This document shows, piece by piece, positions 12,481 through 24,290 of a DNA stretch of 64,000 nucleotides. Source of the stretch: Octopus bimaculoides (Eukaryota). The stretch is from the NCBI RefSeq assembly GCF_001194135.2, contig NC_068983.1, positions 166,029,402-166,093,401 of the forward strand. Direction: 5' to 3'. The position numbers and the translations under genes were made by a program. Within the stretch, counting starts at the first letter, position 1, and every line of letters starts with the position of its first letter. The notes beneath the pieces were generated by a model. That model was not told where the DNA came from. It saw only the letters and a list, made by a program, of their open reading frames with translations, and searched no databases.

Positions 12481-13401
12481 CATCATAGTCATCATCATCA
12501 AGAGCAGAGGAATAGAGTTTGTGGCAAATAAAGTCATTTCACTTCACCAATATTTCTAATGACAATCCTAAGATGCTGCACATTATCAAATTACATATTT
12601 CTTTACAAAACAAACAAAACAGATAAAAAAAAAAGAAAAAGAATTACATGAGAGGAAAATAAAAACAAATTTATTTCTTAAGTAGTCACAAGATGAGGGA
12701 TTTAAGGAAATGGGATTGTTTAGTTTCACTCACAGTATTAATGCCGTTTGTGAAAAAAATCATCATCATCGTTTGGTGATGCAAACAGGAAAAATAGAAC
12801 AAGAAAATATGTATGTTTTTATTAATATTTAACAGAAGTAAGAGAGTGACTCGAGGACTAAAAGCTTCATGCGTTGGCATCAAACTTTTGATGAGTGCCA
12901 ATGCATGAAACAGTCTAACTGTGACCATCCCCAAAACTGTTTTGTCCAATGTGTTTGTGTGTGTGTATGTATGTGTGTCAGCCACATGGTTTTGAGTTCC
13001 GTCCCACTACATGGCACCTTGGACGATGCACGAAACTCTTGGACCTTCAGTCACTCTGTTGCTTCTCTTATATTTACTAATCTTAAAACTCTAAGCATTT
13101 ATATCTATTTGAGAAAAAAAATACTAATTCTTCTTCCTTCTCCTCCTCATTTTATTATTATTATTTTTGGGAGTCAATAAAAGTAGTAGTTAAGTAGGGG
13201 AGGTTCAATGTAATTGAGTGGCCCCTGGCCTTGAAATTGCTGGTCTTGTGCTAAAAATTATTAGGGCAGAGTCGTTAGCATGCTTGATGCTATTCCACCC
13301 ATCTGGGGTCAATGTAATCAACTAGTCCCCTCCCCCGAAATTGCTGGCCTTGTGCCAAAATTGCAAACCATTATTATTGTTGTTATTGTTATTTTTTGCA
13401 G

Positions 13402-13436
13402 ATAAGAAGAGAATGGATATTTTCCCAGAAATCTCA
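13402..13436 (+). CDS. HPS3: HPS3-like short exon, (D)KKRMDIFPEIS, phase 1 to 0
   Basis: Acceptor ttttttgcag and donor gtaagt; phases fit both neighbouring exons. Confidence 0.7.
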
Positions 13437-14184
13437 GTAAGTCCAGACTTTTCTTTCTTCGTCCTCTTCCCTCCACTTCAAATAAGAGAACATGGACTTT
13501 TCCCAATGGAAGAAACTAGAATGTTCTTGAATTAAAATATTTTAAGAGATGGAATGGCAGGTTTTTCACAAAACCACTTTTATAAAACCTTTCCTCTAAT
13601 TTGTGTTTCCCTTTCTCTGTTGGTGTCGATATAACTAGCGCCATCTAAGTTGGGTCAGCATGAAAAAAAAAAAAATGTAACAAGCAAAAACAATGCTTTG
13701 TGGAGAGGAGGAGGGGGGGCATGATTTTGTTAATTCTCCCCCAAACCTAATTCAATGCCACAACCTGAAAATTATTAAAGAATTTCTTTAATGTTGCTGC
13801 TTTGTTTCTTTTTTTCTTTTTTTTTGTGATTGCCATGGAAGAGATGGAATCTCTTGATTTGAATTTAAGGGCTGGACATCTTATCATTGTGCTTATAAAA
13901 ATTAATTTAAGCTAATAAAATTTTCCCCCCATAGAATAAAGTTAATTAGGCTCACATCTAATCCCCAACAAGGGTTAAGTACTGGATTTGTGTGGCCCCT
14001 TCAGCTGAAATTTTAAAGCAAGTATCTTGTTTATAATGGTGTAATTATCTAAGCAGTATTTTGGTTGACGACCAAATATAATTGAGATATTCTGGGTCTT
14101 AACAAAATTTTTAACCTTTTTTTTTTTTTTTTAACTTGAGTGAAAAGAACATATTTAATTTAATTCTTTTTATTTTTATTTTAG

Positions 14185-14277
14185 TACCAACTTGTAAATA
14201 TTTATCTGCAGAGGCTTCTTCAGTGGAGGCCACCAATAAAACAGTCCATAACTGGAAGTCCCTCCAACCAACCTTTG
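14185..14277 (+). CDS. HPS3: HPS3-like exon, YQLVNIYLQRLLQWRPPIKQSITGSPSNQPL, phase 0 to 0
   Basis: Acceptor tttttattttag and donor gtatgt. Resembles human FKLTSQYIWRLSKRQPP as recalled. Confidence 0.8.
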
Positions 14278-15487
14278 GTATGTAAACAATAAAATCCTTT
14301 ATAGATATATGTAAATAGAGATGTTGCATTTAAAGGAGAATTTGTTTTTTCTAATTTCAGAAAGTTAGGATTTTGAATTTGACAATTATAGGAAATGAAT
14401 ATGAATCACAATTAAAATTAATTAAACTATATACATTTTTTAAATTTTTTTTGTCAACTGTGCTGCAAAATCCAACTTTTGTGAGATTTTATAAATAACA
14501 GGATGTTTGTTTTTCTTTTAAGATCTTTCACTTCAACAGAACAGCTGAAGAAAGTTCAAAGCGGCAACAGTCTAATTCCTGATGACTTATTCTTTGTTAG
14601 CAAAGTCTTAAAACAAGAATAATCTTCATAGCTCATTATTATTTGATTGCTACAAAATATAATTGTTGATTAATTATGTGATTGAGCTTTAAGATCCTGT
14701 TGAAGATGATAACAATGGATTGAGAAAACTTCCAGGAAACTCATTAAGACTTACATTTTTTGATTTGTCACCATAGTCATTTCTTTGAATTGATTAAAGA
14801 TTGTTGGTGATATAAAGATCAATAAATGCTTGTTTGATTGTCTCTCAGAAATAATGATCAATAAAACAAGGGTTTAACTCCCTATATATCCATCCATTTA
14901 CTATATTAGTAGATAATAGGGGGTTTTAACTATACGTAGATCTATCATAGTGTCTTCAATGTTACAGTCTTTAACTTGCAGGAGTCACTTTTATCTATTG
15001 TCAATAATGAAGCAGAGAGAAGAGACAAAATTGTTTAAAAAAACTATAGACTTTATTCTTAATTGTAATATGTTCCAATAAAACAATATAAAACAATAGA
15101 TTATGTGCTTCATTATAATACACTTCAACAACCCTTATTTACATATCCAAAAATGCTTTGGTGATGTCCAATTTTAATTGTGACATGCATCCTTTTGGAT
15201 TTAAGCAAGCAAATTGTCGGCTGATGTTGAGCAACCTCTGCAATGCTCAAAGAGATCTTTGGTAAAGAACATTCCTTTGCAAACACACAAACTACTTCTG
15301 GTTGTTCTTCTTTCAAGTGAAGTTAAGACTAAACTACAAACCCAATTATCACGGAGCTGGTTTTACATTTAACATTGATTTACAGTTTGTTTCTGTCTCT
15401 GTTCAGTTTGATCTGACCAAAATATTTTCTTTAAACTATCATTTTCACAAATGTAATTTCGAGTATTTTGTTTCTGTTTTCTCTCAG

Positions 15488-15664
15488 CTTCAAGAGGTTG
15501 GTCATTTTGCTTGTCGCTATCCTTGGTTAGATCTTCTCCCACCATTTCAAGGGATCAAATCTTACAGGACTGCCTGTCATTACTTCCGTTCCCCTTCTGC
15601 TACCCCTGTTCAGCCTTTCATTTGTCCTTGCTACTTTTGTAATGAAGACTTATTAAAGCTTCAG
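15488..15664 (+). CDS. HPS3: HPS3-like exon, LQEVGHFACRYPWL...CNEDLLKLQ, phase 0 to 0
   Basis: Acceptor gttttctctcag and donor gtaagt; 59 codons. YPW and EDLxKLQ match recalled human HPS3 YGLIYPW...TEDLSKLQ. Confidence 0.85.
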
Positions 15665-16248
15665 GTAAGTTAGTTTCTTTATTATTCGGTTTAACAGATT
15701 CACATCAAAATTTCCTATAAATTCTAGAAAGCAAATTACAATTTTGATGCTAAATTGATCAATTTGGTAGGTTCTTCGAAAGCAAACAAAATTTATCAGT
15801 AACAAAGCAAAAAAAAAAAATGAATGAATTGGGTTCTTTTATCCTGACTGCAACAACTCGGCTAATATTGATTGATTAAAGCAATTACATCTTAGTAAAT
15901 CACCAGCACCACTATCTTAATGTCCACTTTTCCATTAATTAAATTTAATTTATCAAAAATTAAAATTTGTGAATTTTCATGGATGAGTTAATGAACTTTG
16001 GTTCTTTTCTCTAAATTATATATATATATATATAGTGAATTTGAGGATAAACACCTCTTATAGGGATGGTTCCATCCAAGTTACACTGGTTTAATATATA
16101 TTATACTGTGAAGAGATATCTCTTCAATAAATATATTATAAATATCCTATATTATTAAGAATGTCTCAATCAATCAGCATGTGGCTTCGTTAATGTCCTT
16201 CTCCCCTGATCATAATTCACTCAAAATTTTCAAAATGCTTACTTATTT

Positions 16249-16611
16249 TATTACCTCTGCCTTAGCAAAGGCGGAGGTATAGTTTCCAGTTGTGTTTGTT
16301 TGTCCATGGACAAGATATTTCAAAAACCACTGGATGGATTCAGATGAAACTTTGAGATGTTTTGCCTCATAACTAGCACAAACTAATTAGATTTTGGGAT
16401 TGATCAGGTACCGGACAAGATTCTGGATTATTTTTCCTGTTTTTTTACTTAATTTTTGAAAGCGATCGGGTTCATTTTTTTAGTATTCTCGTTTGTGAGA
16501 ACAGTTGAGTTTATTTCAGATATTCTCATTTTAAAAATCATCTCCAGCTAATCATTGAGAGGATGTTGGTGTTGCCTTGGCAGAGGTTTGCACTCTCTCA
16601 GTGCTCTTGTT
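16249..16611 (+). mobile_element. Helentron-associated non-autonomous element (HINE/DINE-like), complete copy
   Basis: Subterminal inverted repeat ACCTCTGCC (16253) / GGCAGAGGT (16579), 3' hairpin GCACT-CTCTC-AGTGC, T-rich ends. Confidence 0.65.
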
Positions 16612-16739
16612 ATATATGTTTTCTAATTTGTATCGAGTTTAAATAGAAATAATCGTAGGCAATGTTAATTAATAAATTGATTTTATCCATTAAATCTCTC
16701 CATTTTCTTACTTAATAATATATATAAATAAATCTTCTT

Positions 16740-17050
16740 TCGGTCTGTTGGTGCCTCTGAGTAGCACATCAGGTAGTCATTGAATATCAATTATCTGTCT
16801 CTGGCCAACTGGTATACTTCTTCCCAGGTAATGTTCAGTCTGCATAGGTCTTCTCTGAAGGTACCATGCCATGTCTTCCTCAACCGGCCTCTTTTTCTTT
16901 TACCTTCCAGCAGCATTTAAGGCCATGCCTGTTTTGGCAAGCCTCTCCTCTGGCAGTCTTAGTATGTGTCCAGCCATTCTCATTTGTTGTTCGGTTACAA
17001 TTGCATGCAGGGGCCTTACTTGATCAGTTATTCTTAGGATCTTTCTGGTA
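16740..17050 (-). mobile_element. Decayed C-terminus of a second RTE-like LINE family
   Basis: Minus-strand MRMAGHILRLPEERLAKT plus a degenerate KRxRGRPRKTW-like segment. Confidence 0.6.
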
Positions 17051-17139
17051 GGCTTCTTACGTTTTTCCACCTACCAAATCCACTTACAGGGCTCTACTTG
17101 GCCCAGGGTTATAATTATTTACCTTGCATTTCTTTTCAG

Positions 17140-17388
17140 TCTCTTCTCTGTTCTCCATGTGCAAAAGAGATTTTATTTCAAACTATTGAGATTGCCATCC
17201 AATCAAGTGAGACTGCAAACGATTCTACTCCACAGTCGGCTATCATCACGTTTCCATGGCAAGTTTCCTTAGATCTTCTTTGTAAAGCCAGCATTGATGT
17301 TTGCGATGCAGTTGATTCAATTCTCTCCAATCATCCCCAGATCTTACCTGATTTTTGTGCCAGCATGCTTGATTCTCATCCTGAACAG
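17140..17388 (+). CDS. HPS3: HPS3-like exon, SLLCSPCAKE...MLDSHPEQ, phase 0 to 0
   Basis: Acceptor tttcttttcag and donor gtaagt; 83 codons. KLQ|SLLCSP matches recalled human KLQSLICGP. Confidence 0.85.
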
Positions 17389-18692
17389 GTAAGTCTCGCT
17401 TTTAGCCTCAACATTCATTTACATTGACCTCCGCAGCCACTCGAACCTCTTATTCTTTTTCAATCCAATCTTTATATTAATAATGGTTGACAATTTGGCG
17501 ATTGATTTTTGTTTTGTTTTTACACAAACAACTAATTTAAATACATCTTGCAATTATGATTATGAAGTCATTTTGATGCTTATAACATTTTTTTACCAAA
17601 ATTATTCCAACAAAATTTTGAAATATTAGAAATGGGTGATTAATGGTGGATCATCATCATTTAATGTCTGTTGTCCATGCTGGCATGGGTTGGATGATTT
17701 GACCAAGGCTGCACCAGACTCCAGGTTTCTACAGCTGGATGCCCTTCCTAACACTACACCACTCTGAGAGTGTAATGGGTTCTTTTATGTGCCACTGGCA
17801 CGGGTGCCATTTGCATAACACCAGTATCTGCCATGACTGTGATTTTACTTGACTTGATGGGTCTTCTCAAGCATGACCTAATGCCAAAGGTCTTGGTCAT
17901 CCATCAAATCCTGCCATGGGAAAAGTTATTTCAATAAACCAGCATTCTCACTCAGTGGCAGCAAATTTATTTTACATTTATGCTAAAAAAAAAAATTAAA
18001 AAAAAAAAAGCAAACCCACCAGTGATAAACAGTACATCTATGAAGAATTGTGATTTGGAATGGATTAACTATTGTAGTGAATTGTGGCAGCCAGCAGTTT
18101 GACACAAGTTCTGCCTTTTGTCTCTCTTAAACTATGTTTTAGGTTGATGAAACAAACATTTGGTTTATTGATCTGAACATTTGATTTATTGATATTGTTG
18201 TAAATAATGTGACGGCAGATGAATTTTGTCTATTAATCCTTTAGTTGTCATATTACATGAATACTCCAGCTGAAAAAGAAAGGAGGGTGGGCCATTTGTG
18301 GATATTTTTGAATTTAACATTCGTTACCTCTGCTAGTGTGGATTGGATACTAAGACAGGAGCTGGCCAGTCTCCATGGTCTGTTTTGGCAGGGTTTCTAT
18401 GGCTGGATGCCCTTCCAAATGCCAACCACTGCCTTTTACACAGCACTAGTACAGGTGCTTTGATGTGGCACCAGCACCCATGAGCCCACAAGATTAGAAA
18501 TGCTCAGATGGCAAGGGATACAGAGGACAACCAGGTCTGGCCCAGCGTCTGAAGAACCTTTTCCACCACTTCATCCCATGTCTTCCTCAATCTTCAACTT
18601 CTCACTCCTAAAATATATGCTCAGTTTTTACACTTTTTATTCTTCTAACTTTTGTACAACTGTAAAAATAACTCAACTGTTTGTATTTTCAG

Positions 18693-18774
18693 TGGAAATA
18701 TTTAATGCAAAAATTTCAAACGCTATTAAGTGAAGATAGCACAGAACATAACCGCTATTACCCCATATTCCAAG
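18693..18774 (+). CDS. HPS3: HPS3-like exon, WKYLMQKFQTLLSEDSTEHNRYYPIFQ, phase 0 to 1
   Basis: Acceptor tgtattttcag and donor gtaaga; phase fits the final exon. Confidence 0.8.
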
Positions 18775-19169
18775 GTAAGATTTTTTTTTATTAAACTGTC
18801 ATTATTACACACTAGATTGTGGCTGACTAAGGTATCTGCCAGTTTTAGGAGCAGTTCCAAATTGCATCACAAACAAATAGAATCTAGACGCCAAATCAAG
18901 AGGATTTCACGACCAAGGAACTAGTGATACATGCAAGGACATATTCTTCCTACTTTAACCAGTAATCCAGTGTGAAGGACATGGCCAGCTGTAGCTTAAT
19001 ACTGTAATGATATAATTGATGTCTATTCTGTTCATTTCCCAGCTACATGCTTTCAATTTCAGTCCTGTTGTTTGGCATAAAATGAGCAGCAAATGTTTTC
19101 AACTGTAACCACATGTTGACTGCATCTTTGTCAGGGGATTAGGGTGAAGAAGAAGAAAAAAAGTCAGTC

Positions 19170-19200
<31 letters not shown>

Positions 19201-20034
19201 TTAGCCACCAACGAAGCCGTAAATGCAAAATGTAAGTTAGTACTAGAGCGCAGAATGTTCCTGAAGGTCGGCAATGGTCTTCCTCGGTCACGAGTGGACA
19301 GCCATCATCATATATATATATATATATATAGCGTGATCGTTGCCAGAGCACTAGCTGCCTGGCTTTGTGCCGGTGGCACGTAAATAGCACCATTTTGAGC
19401 GTGGCCGTTGCCAGTACTGCCTGACTGGCCTTTGTGCGGGTGACACGTAAAAGCACCCACTACACTCTATGAGTGGTTGGCATTAGGAAGGGCATCCAGC
19501 TGTAGAAACTCTGCCAAATCAGATTGGAGCCTGGTGTAGCCATCTGGTTTCACCAGTCCTCAGTCAAATCGTCCAACCCATGCTAGCATGGAAAGCGGAC
19601 GTTAAACGATGATGATATGTGTGTATACACATATAATATTATTAAATAAGGAAATGCAGAGATTATATGATATAAATTAATTTATTAATTAACATTGCCT
19701 ACAATTATTTCAATTTACATTCAATACAAATTATAAAACATAATGAAATAATTTTGCAATTTGAAGATTTTGAGTGAAAGGTCATTAAGGAAGTTACATG
19801 CTGATCAGTTGATATACTCCAGCAGACTCATATATATATAATCATCATTTAATGTCCATTTTCCATGCTGGTATGGGTTGAATGATTTGACAGGAACTGG
19901 CAAGGCCAGGGGCCATACCAGGTCCCATAGTCTGCTGGATTTCTTCCTAATGTCAACCACTTTACAGAGTGTGGACTGGGTGCTTTTTATATCACCAGTA
20001 CTATTTGTATATCTGCCTACCTGTATGTGTATAA

Positions 20035-20082
<48 letters not shown>

Positions 20083-20218
20083 TTATGTGTGCGTGTGTAC
20101 ATATATATATATAATATAGATTTAATCAAAAGATTAAATGTGGTACTTAAAATGCTTGAGGCACCAGAATTTGGTAGGATAAAAGCCAAAAACAAAATCA
20201 AGAGATTTGGTGAATAAA

Positions 20219-20358
20219 ATTTGAAGTTAAGCAACAAAAATTCAATGGGTTATAGCAGTACGTACGTTTCATACAAGCTCCATTTATGGATAAATGGAGC
20301 TTGTACGAAACGTACGTACTGCTATAACCTATTGAATTTTTGTTGCTTAACTTCAAAT
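20219..20358. repeat. Near-perfect palindrome with 69-bp arms and a 2-nt loop
   Basis: 20219-20287 versus 20290-20358 shows two mismatches. Confidence 0.95.
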
Positions 20359-20445
20359 ATATATATATATAAGGGCGTTGTAGTTTGCTTGAAACATTTT
20401 AATATCAAAGAAGGTAAAAGGAGAGAAAATAGAAAGTTTATAAAA

Positions 20446-20483
20446 TCTTTATATTTCAGGCACAAAGGCCCATCTTCAGAAGA
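20446..20483 (-). ncRNA. Second copy of the minimal hammerhead in the inverted pseudo-LTR
   Basis: Same motif on the minus strand, with loop CUUUGU. Confidence 0.65.
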
Positions 20484-21532
20484 AAAGAACAGTCTGGGAA
20501 ATTTCCTAGCATTATGTAGTAGCAGCATTCACTCACCAAAGGTAGGTGTAATTGACGCCCAGATCATTGGTGCAATCAAACTTCCAACTGTTACTGTGAG
20601 CTACTCACCATCTGTAAGATGATATGACAGTGTTATCTTAACAGTAGTAGTAGCAGTCACCCGCTAAATGTTGCTAGTGTTGGTGTAAACAAACTTCCAT
20701 CTGTTGTCGCAGACCATTCACCACCTGTTGGATGGTGTCATAGGAGCCACCAGCTCAACTCCAGTCGTCCCCACTTCAATGAGATGACCACCTCCACCAT
20801 CTGCAAGGTTATCCACAAGGAAGGACATGACATTTGGTTAGCCCATTCAAGTCTGTCCCTATGCAGACACCTATCAACGAGGTGGTCACATGCAGTACAG
20901 CAGCCCTGCGTGCTAACAAACTACTCCATTCGCAACACTAATACGTGCCTACGTATGGGCGTAGTATAACAAACACAATGCTCCAACTGCAACAAACAGT
21001 ACATTGGTAGCAGAACACGACCACTCCACATCAAGGAGCATCTCACCATCAACATGTCCTCCTTCCACAAACACCTAACCAGATGTGGCAACACCACAAA
21101 GGAGATAGACATCTCCAGACAAGCCTCGGAGAAGAACACCGGCAATTTACTTATAAAAGAGGCTCTGCTTATCCACCACCTCAACCCCAAAAATTAACAG
21201 TTGATTGGAGTTGAGTTGGTGGCTCCTATGACACCATCCAACAGATGGTGAATGGTCTATGACAACAGATAGAGGTTTGTTTACACCAACACTCAGGCAG
21301 CTAGCAACATTTAGAGGGTGACTGCTACTACTACTACTTTTAAGATAACACTGTCATATCATCTTACAGATGGTGAGTAGCTCACAGTAACAGTTGGAAG
21401 TTTGATTGCACCAATGCTCTGGGCGTCAATCACACCTACCTTTGGTGAGTGAGTGCTGCTGCTACATAATGCTAGGAAATTTCAATGGGTTAACAGAACC
21501 CACATAACTGGACAGTTTCCAGACTGTTCTTT

Positions 21533-21570
21533 TCTTCTGAAGATGGGCCTTTATGCCTGAAATATAAAGA
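21533..21570 (+). ncRNA. Minimal type I hammerhead ribozyme motif in the Penelope pseudo-LTR
   Basis: UCUU-CUGAAGA-UGGGC-CUUUAU-GCCU-GAAA-UAUA-AAGA: stem I UCUU/AAGA, stem II GGGC/GCCU, palindromic AUAU stem III, AUA cleavage triplet. Confidence 0.65.
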
Positions 21571-21849
21571 TTTTATAAAACTTTCTGCATTGTCAGAAGC
21601 TTTCTATTTTCTCTTTTTTTACATTCTTATATATATTGATATTTAGCAGAAGTAACAGTGACTCCAGAATTTTAATATATTTGGTATATGTGTTGTTTCT
21701 TATAAACCGATTGAATTCCTGTAGATTTTCCACCAAAGGATTTTTTTGTCAATTAGCTTCATGCATCAGCGGTCACATGACTGGTTTTTTTTTTTTTTTG
21801 CAATCAAACATTACTTAATTTATTTTTGTGTGGAATCTTATAAAGTGAG

Positions 21850-22340
21850 TTTTCACCTCCAGTAGTTTTCTATCTGATTTTGTTTTATAATGTTGTGCCA
21901 CAGCTCCCTGTTGTAAGTGTATGGTGAGTGTTAAACTGGTTGTGTCCAGTGTAACAGTTAAGAGTCCTTAAGTTTGCAACTTTGTTTTATAGTCAAATTT
22001 ATAAATCACAGTTTGTTCTCAGACTTAAATGTTTGTGGTGTGTTGTTGATAAGGAGGATTTAGATCTCTTTGTTACCCCCAACTGTCAACTTTAATAATA
22101 TACAAAAACACCAAAATCCTCCTTATCAACAACACACCACAAGTATTTAAGCCTGAGAACAAACTGTGGATGTCCAATGTGATTTATAAATTTGACTGTA
22201 AAATACAAATTTTGAGGACTCTGTTACATTGGGCAGATCAGTATAACACTGTCACACAAACTCACCATGCACTTACATCATGGAGCTGTTGTACAACATT
22301 ATAAAACAAAATTAGATTGGAGAATACTAGAGGTGAAAAC
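21850..22340. mobile_element. Two diverged, inverted copies of a Penelope GIY-YIG fragment (a different family)
   Basis: The + copy at 22113-22340 encodes SNVIYKFDC...YIGQISITLSHKLTMHLHHGAVVQHY. The - copy at 21850-22061 is its imperfect reverse complement. Confidence 0.65.
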
Positions 22341-22737
22341 TTCATAAAATTCCATACAAAAATAGATTACTGATGGAAACCATGTTCATTTTGTAAAACA
22401 ATGCCAAAATTAACGAACATACATTAAAAGAAATTAGCATGTGGTTACTGACAAAAAAAAAAGAATCCTAATTGTCAAAATTTGACCATGACACAAACCA
22501 ACACTTTTGACCTCTGTGGCATAATGCTTACAATCAATAAACCTTTGGAAGCAATGTCTACCGAAATTCAACCAGTTTATAAGAAACAAACACCAAATAG
22601 ATTCAGTTTGTGATAATGTGGCTGTAAAGGTTTTGGTAAATGTCAAATATGGATTTAGGAACTTTATTGATCCAAACCAACTGTAAAAAAAACAAAATAA
22701 GAAGGATAAAACTTTTACATAGTTGTTCCTCATATAT

Positions 22738-23065
22738 ATGTGGAAGTGCAATGGCCCAGTGGACTCGTGGTTTCAATTCCCAGACCAGGTGTTGTTTATT
22801 GAGCGAAAACACCTAAAGCTTCACGACGTTCCAGCAGGGGGTTGGTGGCAAACCCTGCTGTACTCTTTCACCACAACTTTCTTCCTGTTTCTGTTGTATC
22901 TTTATTTCAAAGGGCCAGTCTTGTCATGCTGAATATCCCTGAGAACTACGTTAAGGGTACATGTGTCTGTGGAGTGCTCAACCACTTGCACGTTAATTTC
23001 ACAAGCAAGCTGTTCCATCGATCGGATCAACTAGAACCCTTGTTGTCATAACCGATGGAGTGCCA
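22738..23065 (+). mobile_element. Third tRNA-derived SINE family with a partly deleted head
   Basis: A-box TGGCCCAGTGG and B-box GGTTTCAATTCC followed by about 270 bp of non-tRNA body. Confidence 0.55.
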
Positions 23066-23173
23066 TGTGATATATATATATATATATGTGTGTTTGTTTG
23101 TTTGTGTGATCACATACACAAATTTAAGATGTTTGGTTGTATAATATATTTTTTTTACTCTTATTTTTCAAAG

Positions 23174-23352
23174 ATATGCTTTCAGAAATGGTAAAGAAGC
23201 TGAAGACATCGGATGTTTTGCATTTAGTTCCTGCTAATGGAAGCCTTTCTTATTTTTTACCATATCTTAACCAATGCTGCATTAAGGACCAGCTTGTCTC
23301 ACTTGAAAAAATTATTGTAGAAAGAGGCCAAAGTTTGACTTTATATGATTAA
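23174..23352 (+). CDS. HPS3: HPS3-like last coding exon, (D)MLSEMVKKLKTSDVLHLVPANGSLSYFLPYLNQC...LYD-stop
   Basis: Acceptor ttatttttcaaag; TAA at 23350-23352. VPANGSLSYFLPYL matches the recalled human C-terminus LPEDGTATFFLPYL. Confidence 0.85.
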
Positions 23353-24236
23353 ATTTTGGAGTTTCTCCCAGTTAAAAGAAAGAAATCTACTATTCTTCAA
23401 GAAATCTTACTCATTCAGTCATGAACAGTTTGTTAATGAAGACAAGAGCTTCAGTTCTAATGAATTTCTAAAACGAACAGAAAAGAGATTTGATTCTTTT
23501 TTTTTTTTTCTAATTTTGTTAAACTATCAGGGAGTTTTGTTTTAAACATAAAATGTTTAAACATTAACAGTCATGGCAGAATTTGTTTAAAGAGCTGCAC
23601 TGATTTGCTTTTTTTTTTTTTTATATCGGTCTCACAGACACACCAGAATTTACAATGGAATCAAACCAAAACATGACAACTTAAATTCCTAAATAAATTT
23701 CATGGCCATTATTTTTTCTGCCTTGAGGAAAAGATTATAGTGTTAGGGTGACTGATTCCAAGTCTAGCACCTGTATATTTTGTGAATCGACCATCAACAT
23801 TTAATTAAAAGCAGCAGTTTGTGCAATATCTACCATAATGTTAACATCAACAGAAGTTTTTTTTTTTGACAGTCTCTCTTTATTTATATTTTGTCATGGG
23901 ACTTGTTTGAGAAATATCTCTGCTACATAAAACATTCCACAGTATTGACTGTTCAAAGAAGAAATAAACAATTGAAGAGAAAAATCTGCATCTTGTTTCA
24001 TTTGAATCAACAGAAGAGGCTAGCAACTTACTTCTCTGCTGATTGACTTTCTGAATGCATCTGTCAAGAGAACGTGCTGTCTCTCAACATGCTACCACAA
24101 CCTAATACAATGCAATTTTATTTATTAGTATGTTGCTCTATGGACAAACCTTAACATCAGACATAATCTATTCACTTTATAATCACCATTCGATAGTAAT
24201 TGTTAAACAATGTTTTTAACCAAATTTGTAATTGAG

Positions 24237-24290
24237 AATAAATTCACATATTTTTTAATTTTGTTTTCTGTTATTTCTTTTGTCTTAAAA
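24237..24290 (+). terminator. Candidate HPS3 polyadenylation signal (alternatives at 23692 and 23963)
   Basis: AATAAA at 24237-24242 followed by a T/GT-rich tract. There is no transcript evidence. Confidence 0.3.

Larger units (their letters stand above)
20415..21620 (+). mobile_element. Penelope-like element: inverted 5' pseudo-LTR, GIY-YIG core, 3' pseudo-LTR
   Basis: Arms at about 20415-20766 and 21203-21620 are reverse complements. The core encodes GVV*QTQCSNCNKQYIGSRTRPLH-IKEHL...IKEALLIHHLNPK. Confidence 0.88.

Noticed and set aside
14523-14595. Candidate extra HPS3 exon (SFTSTEQLKKVQSGNSLIPDDLFF)
   Set aside because: It has a good acceptor, but the open frame needs phase 2 while both neighbours are phase 0. 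The flanking exons already join sensibly. A shorter variant cannot be excluded without RNA data.
18245-18286. Candidate exon LSYYMNTPAEKERR
   Set aside because: The donor (gtgggc) is weak, and PEQ|WKYL aligns better with the recalled human spacing without it.
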